Position numbers and translations under genes: made by a program. Shown here piece after piece: positions 1 to 10,427 of a stretch of 64,000 nucleotides of DNA (within the stretch, counting starts at the first letter, position 1; each line of letters starts with the position of its first letter). The notes under the pieces were generated by a model, which saw nothing but the letters and a program-made list of their open reading frames with translations, had not been told where the DNA came from and did not search any database. Source of the DNA: an uncultured Faecalibacterium sp. (GTDB taxonomy: Bacteria; Bacillota; Clostridia; Oscillospirales; Acutalibacteraceae); NCBI GenBank assembly GCA_964504475.1, contig CAZDEL010000005.1:9791-73790 (forward strand), in the 5' to 3' direction.

Positions 1-147
1 CCACGCTAAGATGCCCAAAGGTAGATTGCCGCCGGTTTCAGTTAAGATTTTTTCTGCTTTGAAGAATACGCCACTGCCAATTACTATACCAACAACCATG
101 CATATAGCGGTGGGCAGACCGTATTTTTTGTTAAGTTTGTCTGACAT
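1..147 (-). CDS. Amino-acid permease (APC superfamily), N-terminal fragment running off the window edge
   Basis: Not in the ORF track. The reverse complement reads GGAGGAAACAAAAA-ATG, then MSDKLNKKYGLPTAICMVVGIVIGSGVFFKAEKILTETGGNLPLGILAW. This is a first TM helix with the GSG(V/I)F motif typical of APC transporters. Confidence 0.55.
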   Translation of the reverse strand, partial: MSDKLNKKYGLPTAICMVVGIVIGSGVFFKAEKILTETGGNLPLGILAW

Positions 148-370
148 TTTTTGTTTCCTCCATATTTTTTTATTAAGATAAGCATATTATAGCACAGGCA
201 TTTATGGAAGTCAATTATAAATTTCGAGACAAAACGGGCAAAAAAGTCAAATATCACGAAAATTTGGAAAATTTTTGAATAATATTTTTATTGACTTAAT
301 TGCAAGTTAGTGGTAAACTATAAGAGTAAAAATTGGCTAATTATAACTTTATTAAAGGAGTTACTGAAAA

Positions 371-1954
371 ATGAAAAAGTTTTTAAGCTTACTATTAGCT
401 CTTTCACTTGCAATGTCTTGCTTTAGTGTTGTGGGCTTTGCCGGCACTGAGGAAGATGAGTATGACCATCGTCCCGACTGTGTTGCAGATGTTATTGACC
501 CTATTATTAATGAGATTAATACCACCTTTTCAAATAGTATTAATCAAGTTGGCTACGATAGCGTTGACGCTATTGACAAAAAGGGTGGCAGCATCGGAGA
601 TTTTGATGCTTTCTTAAGCTCAGCTGACAGCACAGATAGTATGTTTGGCTTGACCTTCTCAGATCTTTATACTAATGGAAACACATCCTTCTCATGGTCA
701 AATTTCAGAGTTGCCATGGTTGATAAGCATGACTCAAGTACAGCTTGCAGCTACAAAAAAGCTTATGACGCTTGTGCCCAGGTTCTCAACGGAAACTTAT
801 ATGAGTATGAGGGCAAGGCTCAGGATAAGGCATTATTCGAGTACATAAAAGAGGTTAAGCTCACTGTTGGTCAAAACGCAGGTCACTATAACTACTATTT
901 TGTTTTAAATAAGACTGAGCTTTCCTTGGCCAGAGCTAATATCAATCTCTATTTAAAGAGAGTCGTCAGCAACTATTGGGGTGGCAGCAAGTTCTACACC
1001 AGCAAAAACCTTGTCACATTGACAAACTTTATCGGTACTCTCATTAACCCAAACTTTATCCTTTTAGTTAATAGCCCTGTTACAGATAATGTAAAGATGG
1101 ACGCATATGACTTCTATGGTAAGATAGTTGAGCTTTCAGGCTTAGGTGCTATTATTGATGCCAACTGGTGTAAGCAAAGCAGCATTGATTTCTTACCCTT
1201 GATGGACGCTTTGGGAGTTAAGACGGAGTATCTTCTCACAGGTGAAAGAGAGGACGGCTATTATGTTGGCAGACGTATGCTTACAGATATGTTCTCCGAG
1301 TTCTTCTCATCACCACTTGCATATGTGCTCAATATTTTATGGAAGTTCTCAAAGGAATACTCCGTTTCATATGTTGACGCATTTAAGGCACTTTTCACAA
1401 TCAGACGCTCACAAGAGGCTGAGTCAGGCACTTATAGTGAGGAGAGCTTTGCGACCTTAACAGGTGTTCTCAACTTCCTTTCCGATGCAACTGACAGCGT
1501 ACTCAATAAGATGTATGGCAGCCCTAAGGGTGACAATCTTAGCTTTGCTAAGCTTCCTGTTCGCAGACTTGGTCTTGCCGTTGACCATGACGAGGTCTTC
1601 TTAATGACACTTTGCTATCTTGACATTAACAGAATCTATAAGGATAATAAGGCTGTTTTGCAAAGACTTTGGACTAACTTTGAAAACGGTACTAAGGGCA
1701 CATTAACAAATGAGGAAATGACAACAATTAAGTCCTTCTATACCGATTATGTTCAAGGAGGAGTGACAATGAAGAGCTTCCTTTATGATATGCTCGACGG
1801 TGTCACAACATCTAATACAGACCAAATCGGCAACGACCTTATGAACTCACTTAAGACATCAATCGCAAGCTTACTTAAAAAGATTGTCGATGCTCTTGAC
1901 AACTTCGTAAGAATCATCTTAGGTGAAAGAGATCCCTTTGATAAGCTGTTTTAA
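371..1954 (+). CDS. Secreted protein of unknown function (527 aa)
   Basis: Long ORF with an AAAGGAG RBS and an N-terminal signal peptide (MKKFLSLLLALSLAMSCFSVVGFAG). A TTGACT-17-TAAACT promoter lies upstream and a terminator downstream. No domain recognised. Confidence 0.6.
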   Translation: MKKFLSLLLALSLAMSCFSVVGFAGTEEDEYDHRPDCVADVIDPIINEINTTFSNSINQVGYDSVDAIDKKGGSIGDFDAFLSSADSTDSMFGLTFSDLYTNGNTSFSWSNFRVAMVDKHDSSTACSYKKAYDACAQVLNGNLYEYEGKAQDKALFEYIKEVKLTVGQNAGHYNYYFVLNKTELSLARANINLYLKRVVSNYWGGSKFYTSKNLVTLTNFIGTLINPNFILLVNSPVTDNVKMDAYDFYGKIVELSGLGAIIDANWCKQSSIDFLPLMDALGVKTEYLLTGEREDGYYVGRRMLTDMFSEFFSSPLAYVLNILWKFSKEYSVSYVDAFKALFTIRRSQEAESGTYSEESFATLTGVLNFLSDATDSVLNKMYGSPKGDNLSFAKLPVRRLGLAVDHDEVFLMTLCYLDINRIYKDNKAVLQRLWTNFENGTKGTLTNEEMTTIKSFYTDYVQGGVTMKSFLYDMLDGVTTSNTDQIGNDLMNSLKTSIASLLKKIVDALDNFVRIILGERDPFDKLF

Positions 1955-1963
1955 AAACAAATT

Positions 1964-1994
1964 GCTCTCAGTGGAAAGCTGGGAGCATTTTTTT
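1964..1994 (+). terminator. Rho-independent terminator after the secreted-protein gene
   Basis: GCTCTCAG-TGGAAAG-CTGGGAGC hairpin (8 bp including one G.U), followed by ATTTTTTT. Confidence 0.6.
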
Positions 1995-2062
1995 CGGCAT
2001 AACAGTTGAGATATTTTTCGTCTTATGCTAAAATAGTTAGAATGTAAAAAGGAGGCGAGGAG

Positions 2063-3274
2063 ATGAAGGTCGCAATTATAGGTGGCGGTGCGTCAGGGCT
2101 TTGCTGTGCTATAGAGGCAGCAAAGGGCAAAAATCAGGTCACTGTTTACGAAGCCAAGGAGCGTGTGGGCAAAAAAATACTTGCCACGGGCAATGGCAGG
2201 TGCAATATGTTTAATGCCTTCGCAAAGGCTGATGACTATTCTTCGCCTGATTTTGTACGCGGGGTATTTAGTAGCTGTGATGTAAGTGCAGTCCGCCATT
2301 TTTTTGAGGGCTTAGGTCTTTACACTCGTGAGGACGAGGAGGGCAGAGCCTACCCTTTAAGCAATCAAGCCGCAAGTGTCCTTGATGTTCTTCGCTTTGA
2401 GTGTGACAGATTAGGCGTTAGAGTCCTTTGTGATAACCCTGTCACGCAAATTAAGCCTAAGGGTAAAGGCTTTATCATTTGCAATGAAAGCTATGATAAG
2501 GTGGTGCTTTCCTGTGGCAGTAAGGCGGCGGTCAAGGCATTTAACGGATATGACATATTAAAAAGCATTGGTCACACCACGATAAAACCAATGCCCGGTC
2601 TTACAAAGCTTACAGTTAAGGATAACACATACACAAGGCAATTAAAGGGCATAAGACACAAGGCAGTGCTTACTCTTTATATCGACGGCAAAAAGTGCGG
2701 CGAAGAAAAAGGGGAGCTTTTATTTGCAGATTACGGCCTTTCGGGAATAGCCATAATGCAGCTGTCATCTATTATTGCAAGGTGTTTTCTATCCGGAAAG
2801 AAAGCTACACCTGTTATCAGCTGTGATTTTGTGCCCGATATGTCTTTTGATGAGCTGTATAAAGCAATTAAAAAAATAATCTCTCATAATAAAACCATGA
2901 AAAGCGAAAACCTTTTAACCGGCTTTATGCCAAGGAAATTAGGCGAAGGGGTTATCAAGTGTGCGGGAGTACCAACAGGAAAAGAAATAGGCAAATTAAA
3001 GGACGAAGAAATAAAAGCAATAACCCAAAAAGCAAAGGCCTTTGACTTTGAAATCAGCGCACTTCGTCCCTTTGAGGATGCACAGATAGCCTGTGGTGGT
3101 GCTGCAACAAAGGAGTTTAATAAATATACCCTTGAATCATTAAAATATGACGGCTTATATGCTTGCGGTGAAATTTTAGATGTTGACGGCCCTTGCGGTG
3201 GATATAATCTGCTATGGGCATTTGCAAGCGGCATAGTTGTAGGAAGGCAGATAAGTAATGATAAGAATAAATGA
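2063..3274 (+). CDS. HI0933/BaiN-like NAD(P)/FAD-dependent oxidoreductase
   Basis: N-terminal dinucleotide fold KVAIIGGGASGL. C-terminal GEILDVDGPCGGYNLLWAFASG motif characteristic of the HI0933 flavoprotein family. GGAGG RBS. Confidence 0.75.
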   Translation: MKVAIIGGGASGLCCAIEAAKGKNQVTVYEAKERVGKKILATGNGRCNMFNAFAKADDYSSPDFVRGVFSSCDVSAVRHFFEGLGLYTREDEEGRAYPLSNQAASVLDVLRFECDRLGVRVLCDNPVTQIKPKGKGFIICNESYDKVVLSCGSKAAVKAFNGYDILKSIGHTTIKPMPGLTKLTVKDNTYTRQLKGIRHKAVLTLYIDGKKCGEEKGELLFADYGLSGIAIMQLSSIIARCFLSGKKATPVISCDFVPDMSFDELYKAIKKIISHNKTMKSENLLTGFMPRKLGEGVIKCAGVPTGKEIGKLKDEEIKAITQKAKAFDFEISALRPFEDAQIACGGAATKEFNKYTLESLKYDGLYACGEILDVDGPCGGYNLLWAFASGIVVGRQISNDKNK

Positions 3275-4853
3275 AGTTAAGCAAAGCCTCGACAGTACAA
3301 AAGAGGATTTATATAACAAGTGTAAAAAAATATTGCGTATAGACTCTGAGCAAATAAAATCAATAGCAATTGCAAGACAAAGTGTTGACAGCAGAAACAA
3401 GGAGGATGTCTTCTTTGTTTACAGCGTTGATGTGGAGGTCTATGGCGATGAGGACAAGATAATCAAAAGATGCAGCTCTAATAAGGTCATGTATATTAAG
3501 CCCTTTAGCTATGAAATGCCCGAAAATAAACGCAACAGCAAATATACCCCTGTGGTCGTCGGCTTTGGTCCGGCGGGAATATTTGCCGCCTTAACTCTTG
3601 CCAGAGCCGGACTCAAGCCCTTAGTGCTTGAAAGAGGTAGAGATGTTGAAAAAAGAACTAAGGATGTAAACACATTTTTCACTCAAAAAATCCTTGACGA
3701 AACATCTAATGTGCAATTTGGCGAGGGTGGTGCCGGCACATTTTCCGACGGAAAGCTCACAACAGGCATTAAAAGCCCCTTGTGCCGCAAGATTTTCCTT
3801 GAGTTTGCGTCTCACGGAGCCCCTGAGGAGATTTTATACTCAGGCAAGCCTCATATTGGTACGGATAAGCTTGCTGCAACAGTGAAAAGTATGCGTGAAG
3901 AAATAATCAGCCTTGGCGGTACTGTAAAATTTGAAGCGAAGCTCACTGACCTTATAGTATATAACGGCTGTGTGCAAGGCATATCATATATGGAAAAGGG
4001 CAAGCAAATGGACATGGAGACGGACACTGTTATTTTGGCAATAGGTCACTCCGCTCGTGACACTGTTAAAATGGTCTACACTAAGGGCGTTAAAATGATG
4101 CAAAAGCCCTTCTCCGTTGGCGCAAGAATTGAGCACCCACGAGAGCTTATAGATAAGGCGCAATATGGCGACTTTGCCGGACATAAGGCACTGGGTGCTG
4201 CGGACTATAAGCTGGCCTGTCATGGCGAACACGAAAGGGGAGCGTATACATTTTGCATGTGCCCCGGCGGTACTGTTGTTGCAGCGACAAGTGAAAAGGG
4301 CGGAGTAGTTGTCAACGGTATGAGCGAATGGGCAAGAGATGGTGAAAACTCAAACTCAGCGCTTCTTGTCAATATTTATCCTGAGGACTTCCCTACAGAG
4401 CATGTGCTGTCGGGCTTCGACTTGCAAAGGGAAATGGAGCAAAAGGCCTTTATTTTAGGTGGTGGTGATTATGCTGCACCCTGTCAGCTTGTGGGTGACT
4501 TTTTAAATGGTGAAAAGTCAAGGAAGCTTTCCTTTGTTAAACCCAGCTGCCCAACAGGTGTAACACCGTCTGATATTAGAGCTGTCCTCCCCAAAAAGGT
4601 GACAGACACCATGGCAGACGCAATAGTCAAAATGGATAAAAAGCTCAAAGGCTTTGCACTTAGTGACGCTGTGCTAACAGCACCGGAGACGAGAAGCTCA
4701 TCACCTGTGAGAATACTCAGAGACGAGGTGTATCAAACTAATATCAGAGGGCTTTATCCCTGTGGTGAGGGTGCAGGCTATGCCGGCGGAATTGTCTCGG
4801 CAGGTGTTGACGGAATTAAATGTGCTCACGCAGTGCTTGAGGACGAGAGATAA
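3258..4853 (+). CDS. FAD-dependent protein (COG2509-like uncharacterised dehydrogenase)
   Basis: VVVGFGPAGIFAAL Rossmann motif and C-terminal LYPCGEGAGYAGGIVSAGVDG motif. Overlaps the upstream flavoprotein gene by 17 nt. Confidence 0.7.
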   Translation: MIRINEVKQSLDSTKEDLYNKCKKILRIDSEQIKSIAIARQSVDSRNKEDVFFVYSVDVEVYGDEDKIIKRCSSNKVMYIKPFSYEMPENKRNSKYTPVVVGFGPAGIFAALTLARAGLKPLVLERGRDVEKRTKDVNTFFTQKILDETSNVQFGEGGAGTFSDGKLTTGIKSPLCRKIFLEFASHGAPEEILYSGKPHIGTDKLAATVKSMREEIISLGGTVKFEAKLTDLIVYNGCVQGISYMEKGKQMDMETDTVILAIGHSARDTVKMVYTKGVKMMQKPFSVGARIEHPRELIDKAQYGDFAGHKALGAADYKLACHGEHERGAYTFCMCPGGTVVAATSEKGGVVVNGMSEWARDGENSNSALLVNIYPEDFPTEHVLSGFDLQREMEQKAFILGGGDYAAPCQLVGDFLNGEKSRKLSFVKPSCPTGVTPSDIRAVLPKKVTDTMADAIVKMDKKLKGFALSDAVLTAPETRSSSPVRILRDEVYQTNIRGLYPCGEGAGYAGGIVSAGVDGIKCAHAVLEDER

Positions 4854-4898
4854 AATAAAAGGCGGGGAAAAATCCTCGCCTTAGTTTTATGTTAAAAA

Positions 4899-5657
4899 TT
4901 ATTTTCTCGCCTGAATAAGACCACTTGTCATATCAGGATAGTTTGTAATAATGCCGTCTGCGCCAAAGTCAATCATAGTGTTTATGGCAAGCTCCATGTC
5001 AACTGTCCATGGGTTGACTAAAAGCCCTGCCTTGTGAGCGGCCTTAGTATAAGCCGGATTCACATAAAAATATTGTGGGTGAAGTGCATCGCAGCCTATA
5101 GACTTTGCAAACTTAATCGGCCACAAAAGCATTGTGTAGGTTATAAGTCTGTTTGGTGCATAGAGAAAGCCTGTCTTACAGCTTTTATCTATTTGCTTAG
5201 CTTCAACTAAAAGCTTTGGGTCAAAGGATGAAATGAGAAGCTTATCAAAAAGACCGTGCTCCTTTACCGCTTTAATTGTTTCTCTTACAATAGCGGTTTC
5301 GTTTTCCTTTGGACTTTTGATTTCAATATTGAGTACGGAAATATCCGTAGTTTCAACGAAGGAAAGGAACTCATCAATGGTGGGAATCTCAGTGCCGGCA
5401 AATCTCTTGTTAAAATATGAGCCAAAGTCATAGCTTTTAAGCTCGTCCAGAGTTTTATCTGCGATTAAGCCGGTGCCGTTAGAGGTCTCGTCAATTGTGT
5501 AATTATGACAAAGGACAATTTTGCCGTCTTTAGTTATGTGAACATCTGTCTCAAAACCGTCACAACCTATTTCATATGCTCTTTCAAAAGCGGGTAGTGT
5601 ATTCTGAGGGGCATATTTATTTGCGCCTCTGTGAGAAATTACAAAACTGTTTACCAT
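4899..5657 (-). CDS. Glycerophosphodiester phosphodiesterase
   Basis: GDPD signature VISHRGANKYAPQNTLPAFERAYEIGCDGFETDVHITKDGKIVLCHN. Confidence 0.85.
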   Translation of the reverse strand: MVNSFVISHRGANKYAPQNTLPAFERAYEIGCDGFETDVHITKDGKIVLCHNYTIDETSNGTGLIADKTLDELKSYDFGSYFNKRFAGTEIPTIDEFLSFVETTDISVLNIEIKSPKENETAIVRETIKAVKEHGLFDKLLISSFDPKLLVEAKQIDKSCKTGFLYAPNRLITYTMLLWPIKFAKSIGCDALHPQYFYVNPAYTKAAHKAGLLVNPWTVDMELAINTMIDFGADGIITNYPDMTSGLIQARK

Positions 5658-5915
5658 GGATATTTCTCCTTTCAGTTGACTTTAGTTGACTGGACAATTA
5701 TAGCACTTACTATTTTAAAAATCAAGGAGCTGAAATATTTTTAACACTATCGAAACGAAATAGTTGATTTTACAGTTTAAGGCAATGTAGCACACTGTTA
5801 AAATTATATATATGCGTCAAGGACAGAAAAATGGATTTTGTTAAAAATGCTAATTTTCAGTTGACCTTTTAAAGCGAATGTGATAAAATAGTAAGGCATA
5901 AAAGGAGGATTATTT

Positions 5916-7685
5916 ATGGAAGAAAACAAATCCGGCAATCTTGTCGGTAAAGTGAAATCGTTTTTCACTGAAATCAAAACTCACTGGGATACTCCGGCTG
6001 AGGGCAAATATGTGCCTTATAAGGAGTATAAGGATGTAGTTGTTGCCGTGGGCAGTAACTATGCCGGTTCAAAAATTTTGGAATACATAGGCTTTTCAAC
6101 AGCGTGCTATCTTATTATGCACCACTATAAGCTGCCTTATCTCACATTCTCTGTTATCAGCCTTTTAAATATGCCCCTTGGCTATATTTCGGCTTTGATG
6201 TGGTGGTTTGTGTGCGATAACTTAGGCTTTTTGCCAAAGAAAACCGAAAAGAAATTTTACGGTGCTTATGTGGCAATGATGCTTTTCGGTATATCAACCA
6301 TATTGTTTGACTATTCACAGCTGTTTAATCAGTCCGGTGCATTTATTACATATTTAAACGGACTTGAGGGCATGAGTGCCACGGCCTGCTTTAAGACCTT
6401 TGGTACTCACTTCCTATATACAGGCTGGGTGGGAGCGAGAAATATTTTCTGGCGAAAAAAGCTCCTTCCCAAATACGGACGATACAAATATTCCCTTTAC
6501 TGCGATGTTGTGCCTAAGTGCATAATGGTCGTACTCATTGGCTGGCTTCCTGTTTATAACATTGCCGATGTACCCACAAGAGTATGGGTGGCAAACCTTT
6601 TATTTGCAACCTATAATGTTTTCGGCTTTGCAAATAACCTTGAGACCTGCACAAAGAGCATTAGCCCCAATTTGCAGGAAAGAATCTATGTTAGAAGCTA
6701 TCCCGTTAAGATTTCCCATATTTTCAACTCTATTTTAGCTATTATTATCCCTGCCATTATAGGCGCATTAAGATATGAGTGGGCAGACATAAATGTTTAC
6801 AGATATGTTATCCCCATAACATTTATTGTTTTCGCTTCTCTTACAATGCTTTTTGCCGGCAGAATCAAGGAAAGAATACCTCAACCACCTGTTGAAAAGA
6901 AGGTTCAGATTAAGTTCTGGGACGGTATGTTCGGTGTTCTTCATAACAAATATTTGCTTATTAATAACATAGTCGGTCTTATCGACTCTTTGGGCAACGG
7001 TATGCTGCCATTTGTAACGGTGCTTTATCTTTACACCTTCCGTTTGAGCGGTCTGCCATATAGCCTTATTGTTGCACTTATTTCTTTCGCAGGTACACCA
7101 CCCGATTTGTTCTCACCCTATTTCCTTAAGAGATTCTCATATAAGCAGATTATGATTTTCTATCAGCTCACTCGTGCCGTGGGTAACGCTGCTATCGCTG
7201 CTGCAATTTGGTTCTGCGGCGAAAATCTCAATCTTTGCGGTACTATATGTGTAGTAGTTCTCTTCCTTCTTGAGATGACTAAAACAGTACCGACAACAGC
7301 ACAGCACGATATGAATGTGCGTATTGGTGACTATCAAATGTATCTCTCAGGTGAGCGTCTTGAAAACTTCGCAAGTGTATTCAGCTGGTTTACTGGCCCA
7401 ATAGTATCATTTGTCGGTCTTATTATTCCCGTTCTCTTGCTTAAATACGGCTTTAATAGTAACTGGGAGGTTCTGTTTATTGACTCAGCGAGACGATATA
7501 TTATCGTTATCCCGATTATTATTGATGTTGTGGGATATGTGCTTATGACCATTCCTTATTTCTTCTGGGACTATGACAGCAAAAAGCAAAACATGGTTAT
7601 GGAAGTTCTTAAGCGTCGTGCAGAGGTCACTGAAAAGAAAGCCGAGGAAGAAGGCGTTTCAGTGTCAGGCGGATATTTAGGTTAA
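5916..7685 (+). CDS. Polytopic integral membrane protein (possible transporter), 589 aa
   Basis: Many hydrophobic spans. AAAGGAGG RBS and a TTGACC-17-TAAAAT promoter upstream. The family was not recognised by eye. Confidence 0.5.
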   Translation: MEENKSGNLVGKVKSFFTEIKTHWDTPAEGKYVPYKEYKDVVVAVGSNYAGSKILEYIGFSTACYLIMHHYKLPYLTFSVISLLNMPLGYISALMWWFVCDNLGFLPKKTEKKFYGAYVAMMLFGISTILFDYSQLFNQSGAFITYLNGLEGMSATACFKTFGTHFLYTGWVGARNIFWRKKLLPKYGRYKYSLYCDVVPKCIMVVLIGWLPVYNIADVPTRVWVANLLFATYNVFGFANNLETCTKSISPNLQERIYVRSYPVKISHIFNSILAIIIPAIIGALRYEWADINVYRYVIPITFIVFASLTMLFAGRIKERIPQPPVEKKVQIKFWDGMFGVLHNKYLLINNIVGLIDSLGNGMLPFVTVLYLYTFRLSGLPYSLIVALISFAGTPPDLFSPYFLKRFSYKQIMIFYQLTRAVGNAAIAAAIWFCGENLNLCGTICVVVLFLLEMTKTVPTTAQHDMNVRIGDYQMYLSGERLENFASVFSWFTGPIVSFVGLIIPVLLLKYGFNSNWEVLFIDSARRYIIVIPIIIDVVGYVLMTIPYFFWDYDSKKQNMVMEVLKRRAEVTEKKAEEEGVSVSGGYLG

Positions 7686-7697
7686 GGAGGGTTTGAC

Positions 7698-8948
7698 ATG
7701 AGCAAGAAAGAAAAGAAGCACATTAATAATGTGGAAGAACCGGTGCATATTGACATACCCGAGGACGAAATCTGGACTTATCAGGTTGAAGGACTTGCGC
7801 CTCCTCATGTAAATAAGCCCTATAAAAATTATAACATTAAAAAGGTTATCTTCGCTTTAGTTATTATCGTTGCAGTTTCTCTGTCATGCTATTTTAGCGT
7901 CAGAACTGTAAAAAGCGACACCTTTGAATATAGCTCTTTGGACTCAGGCTATAAGCTCACAGGCTTTAGCAACACAGGCTATATTACAACTCTTGACATT
8001 GACTATTGCTCGAGCGTTAAATATGACAAGGAAAACTCCGATGCATGGACTAACTTTGAAATAGTTAAGGACGAGAGTGCAAAAATAGTTGCCGTTGGCG
8101 AATATGCTCTTAACTGCGACAGCGTTGTTAAGGTTATAAATATCGGCGCAGAGGTTCTTGATATTGACCCAAAGGCTTTCTATTCCTGCTGGGCAGTGGA
8201 GAGAATCGAGGTTGACGAAAACAACCCAAATTACTGCGATGTTGACGGTGTACTTTACTCAAAGGATATGAAAACAGTCATTTACTATCCTTGCAACCAT
8301 GACGAATATTTAAGACAGAAGTACGGCTATGAAAGTGAAAGCTACAGAAGCGACTCAACAGAGCAGTACATAAATGATGTTCAGACCTATGTTGTACCAT
8401 CAACAGTTGAGACAATAGGCGAGCTTTGCTTTGCATATGCAAACCTTCGTGAGATTTATTTGCCTGAGGGCTTAAAGAGCATAGAGACATTAGGCGTGTT
8501 TAAGATTCACGAGCCAAAGGATCAATGGAGTAACACACCGTCACTTGACAATGTTTATTCCTATAAGCCAAATGAGCCTGTGACGGATTCACATTTCACT
8601 TCACAGTCAGCACTTGGCAAGGTTTACCTTTCACTTCCTGACGGACTCGAATATATTGGCTCAGATGCCTTTAGCTATAATCAAGAGCTTTCATACCTTT
8701 ATATTCCCGAGAGTGTAACACATATTGGACACCACGCTTTCTGGGACACCATTTATAAAGAGGGTGGCGAGCTTAAAGGTATAACCGAGGTTTATGCACA
8801 AAGAGATGAGGAGTCATTTAAGAGTGTTGAGCTTGGCGACTCATGGAGACCTCAATATGATTATATGCTGTTTAAAAAGTCCATTGGTGTTTCGTACTCT
8901 GCCGAAAGATTGAGCATGGAGCTTAACGCAACGGACGAAGCAAAATAA
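7698..8948 (+). CDS. Membrane-anchored BspA-type leucine-rich-repeat protein
   Basis: One N-terminal TM helix (VIFALVIIVAVSLSCYF). Repeats of the I.IP..V..IG..AF type, and NPNYCDVDGVLYSKDMKTVIYYP, typical of BspA-like LRR proteins. Starts 13 nt after the upstream membrane-protein gene. Confidence 0.65.
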   Translation: MSKKEKKHINNVEEPVHIDIPEDEIWTYQVEGLAPPHVNKPYKNYNIKKVIFALVIIVAVSLSCYFSVRTVKSDTFEYSSLDSGYKLTGFSNTGYITTLDIDYCSSVKYDKENSDAWTNFEIVKDESAKIVAVGEYALNCDSVVKVINIGAEVLDIDPKAFYSCWAVERIEVDENNPNYCDVDGVLYSKDMKTVIYYPCNHDEYLRQKYGYESESYRSDSTEQYINDVQTYVVPSTVETIGELCFAYANLREIYLPEGLKSIETLGVFKIHEPKDQWSNTPSLDNVYSYKPNEPVTDSHFTSQSALGKVYLSLPDGLEYIGSDAFSYNQELSYLYIPESVTHIGHHAFWDTIYKEGGELKGITEVYAQRDEESFKSVELGDSWRPQYDYMLFKKSIGVSYSAERLSMELNATDEAK

Positions 8949-9156
8949 GCTAAGTTAGAATTAAAGAGCTTCTTTAGGCCGCAAAGCCAAAGGAGGCTCT
9001 TTTTTCTAAAGAAAGAATGAAAAAAGGGTTGCTTTTTGTAAATGCCTGTGCTATAATCATAATCAGTTTATGAGTTTAAAGCTTTAAATAATTAAAGTGA
9101 ATCTGTGCAAATCTTAGGCATAGTACAGCAAAAGCAAGAAAAAAATCTTAATTTAA

Positions 9157-9186
9157 TTGACACCTAAAGATAAAACGGTGTATAAT
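9157..9186 (+). promoter_or_regulatory. Sigma-A-type promoter of the aromatic supraoperon
   Basis: TTGACA, 18-nt spacer, TATAAT, about 32 nt before the first start codon. A second match, TTGCTT-17-TATAAT, lies at 9029-9057. Confidence 0.45.
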
Positions 9187-9217
9187 AACCTTTATTACTA
9201 TAAAAACGAAAAAGACG

Positions 9218-10417
9218 GTGAATATCATGGTATCAAATGAAATGTATGAGCTTGGTGCAAAAAGCTCTGTTATAAGAGAGATTTTTGAGTTCGGCAAAAA
9301 AAGAGCGGCTGAAATAGGAAAAGAAAATGTCTATGACTTCAGCCTTGGCAATCCCAGTGTTCCTGCGCCGGAAATAGTCAACGAAACAATAAGAGAGCTA
9401 ACTCAGGAAATGTTCTCCTGTGAGCTTCACGGCTACACATCAGCTGTTGGTGACAATGGCACAAGACAGGCTATTGCCGACAATCTCAATGAGCGCTTTG
9501 GCACTAATTTTACAATGAATAACTTATACATGACCTGCGGTGCCGCAGCTTCACTTTGCATAACCTTTAGAGCTTTAAGCGAAAAGGACGATGAGATTAT
9601 TATTTTCGCACCATATTTTCCGGAGTATAAGGTGTTTATATCTTCACAAGGCGCAAAGCCTGTTGAGGTCAAATGTAAGAGCGAGGATTTAACTATTGAC
9701 CTTGACGCTTTTGAAAAGGCAATTACACCCAACACAAAGGCAGTTGTTCTTAACTCACCTAATAACCCCAGCGGTGTTGTGGCAAGTGAGGATATTATCA
9801 AGGGTATGTGCGAAATCTTAAACAAAAAGCAAAAAGAGTATGGCAAGAGCATTTTCCTCATTAGTGATGAGCCTTATCGTGAGCTTGTTTATGATGATGT
9901 TAAGGTGCCTTATCTTACAAAATATTATGACAACACAATTGTCTGCTACTCCTTTAGTAAGTCTCTTTCTCTTCCCGGTGAAAGAATCGGCTATATATTA
10001 GTGCCGTCTGAGGTATCAGACTTTGAAAAAATATATAAGGCAGTTTGCGGTGCAGGCAGAAGCCTTGGCTATGTTTGTGCCCCATCAATGCTCCAGTTTG
10101 TTATAAGAAAATGTGTTGGCAAAACAGGTGATGTTAACGCTTATAAGAGAAACAGAGATATTCTCCTTGATGCCTTTAATGAGTACGGCTTTAAGACAGC
10201 TAAGCCTGACGGAGCATTTTATCTGTTTATGCGCTCACCAATTGACAGCGCAGTGGATTTTTGCGAGAGTGCAAAAAAATACAACCTGCTTTTAGTGCCC
10301 AGTGATTCCTTTGGCTTCCCGGGATATGTAAGAATATCCTATTGCGTTGCCGAGGACATGATAAAACGCTCACTGCCGGCATTTAAAAAGCTTGCGGAAG
10401 AATACGGTTTAATTTGA
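9218..10417 (+). CDS. Class I/II PLP-dependent aminotransferase (aspartate/aromatic type)
   Basis: NSPNNPSGVV and YSFSKSLSLPGERIGY (PLP-lysine motif). First gene of the aro cluster. The start may be GTG 9218 or ATG 9227. Confidence 0.85.
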   Translation: MNIMVSNEMYELGAKSSVIREIFEFGKKRAAEIGKENVYDFSLGNPSVPAPEIVNETIRELTQEMFSCELHGYTSAVGDNGTRQAIADNLNERFGTNFTMNNLYMTCGAAASLCITFRALSEKDDEIIIFAPYFPEYKVFISSQGAKPVEVKCKSEDLTIDLDAFEKAITPNTKAVVLNSPNNPSGVVASEDIIKGMCEILNKKQKEYGKSIFLISDEPYRELVYDDVKVPYLTKYYDNTIVCYSFSKSLSLPGERIGYILVPSEVSDFEKIYKAVCGAGRSLGYVCAPSMLQFVIRKCVGKTGDVNAYKRNRDILLDAFNEYGFKTAKPDGAFYLFMRSPIDSAVDFCESAKKYNLLLVPSDSFGFPGYVRISYCVAEDMIKRSLPAFKKLAEEYGLI

Positions 10418-10427
10418 GGAAAAGATA

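Noticed and set aside
8949-9217. T-box or riboswitch leader upstream of the aromatic operon.
   Set aside because: I looked for the T-box consensus (..GGUGGUACCGCG..), a specifier-loop layout or a terminator/antiterminator pair. I found only two promoter-like matches and the upstream gene's terminator. No conserved RNA motif was recognisable by eye.
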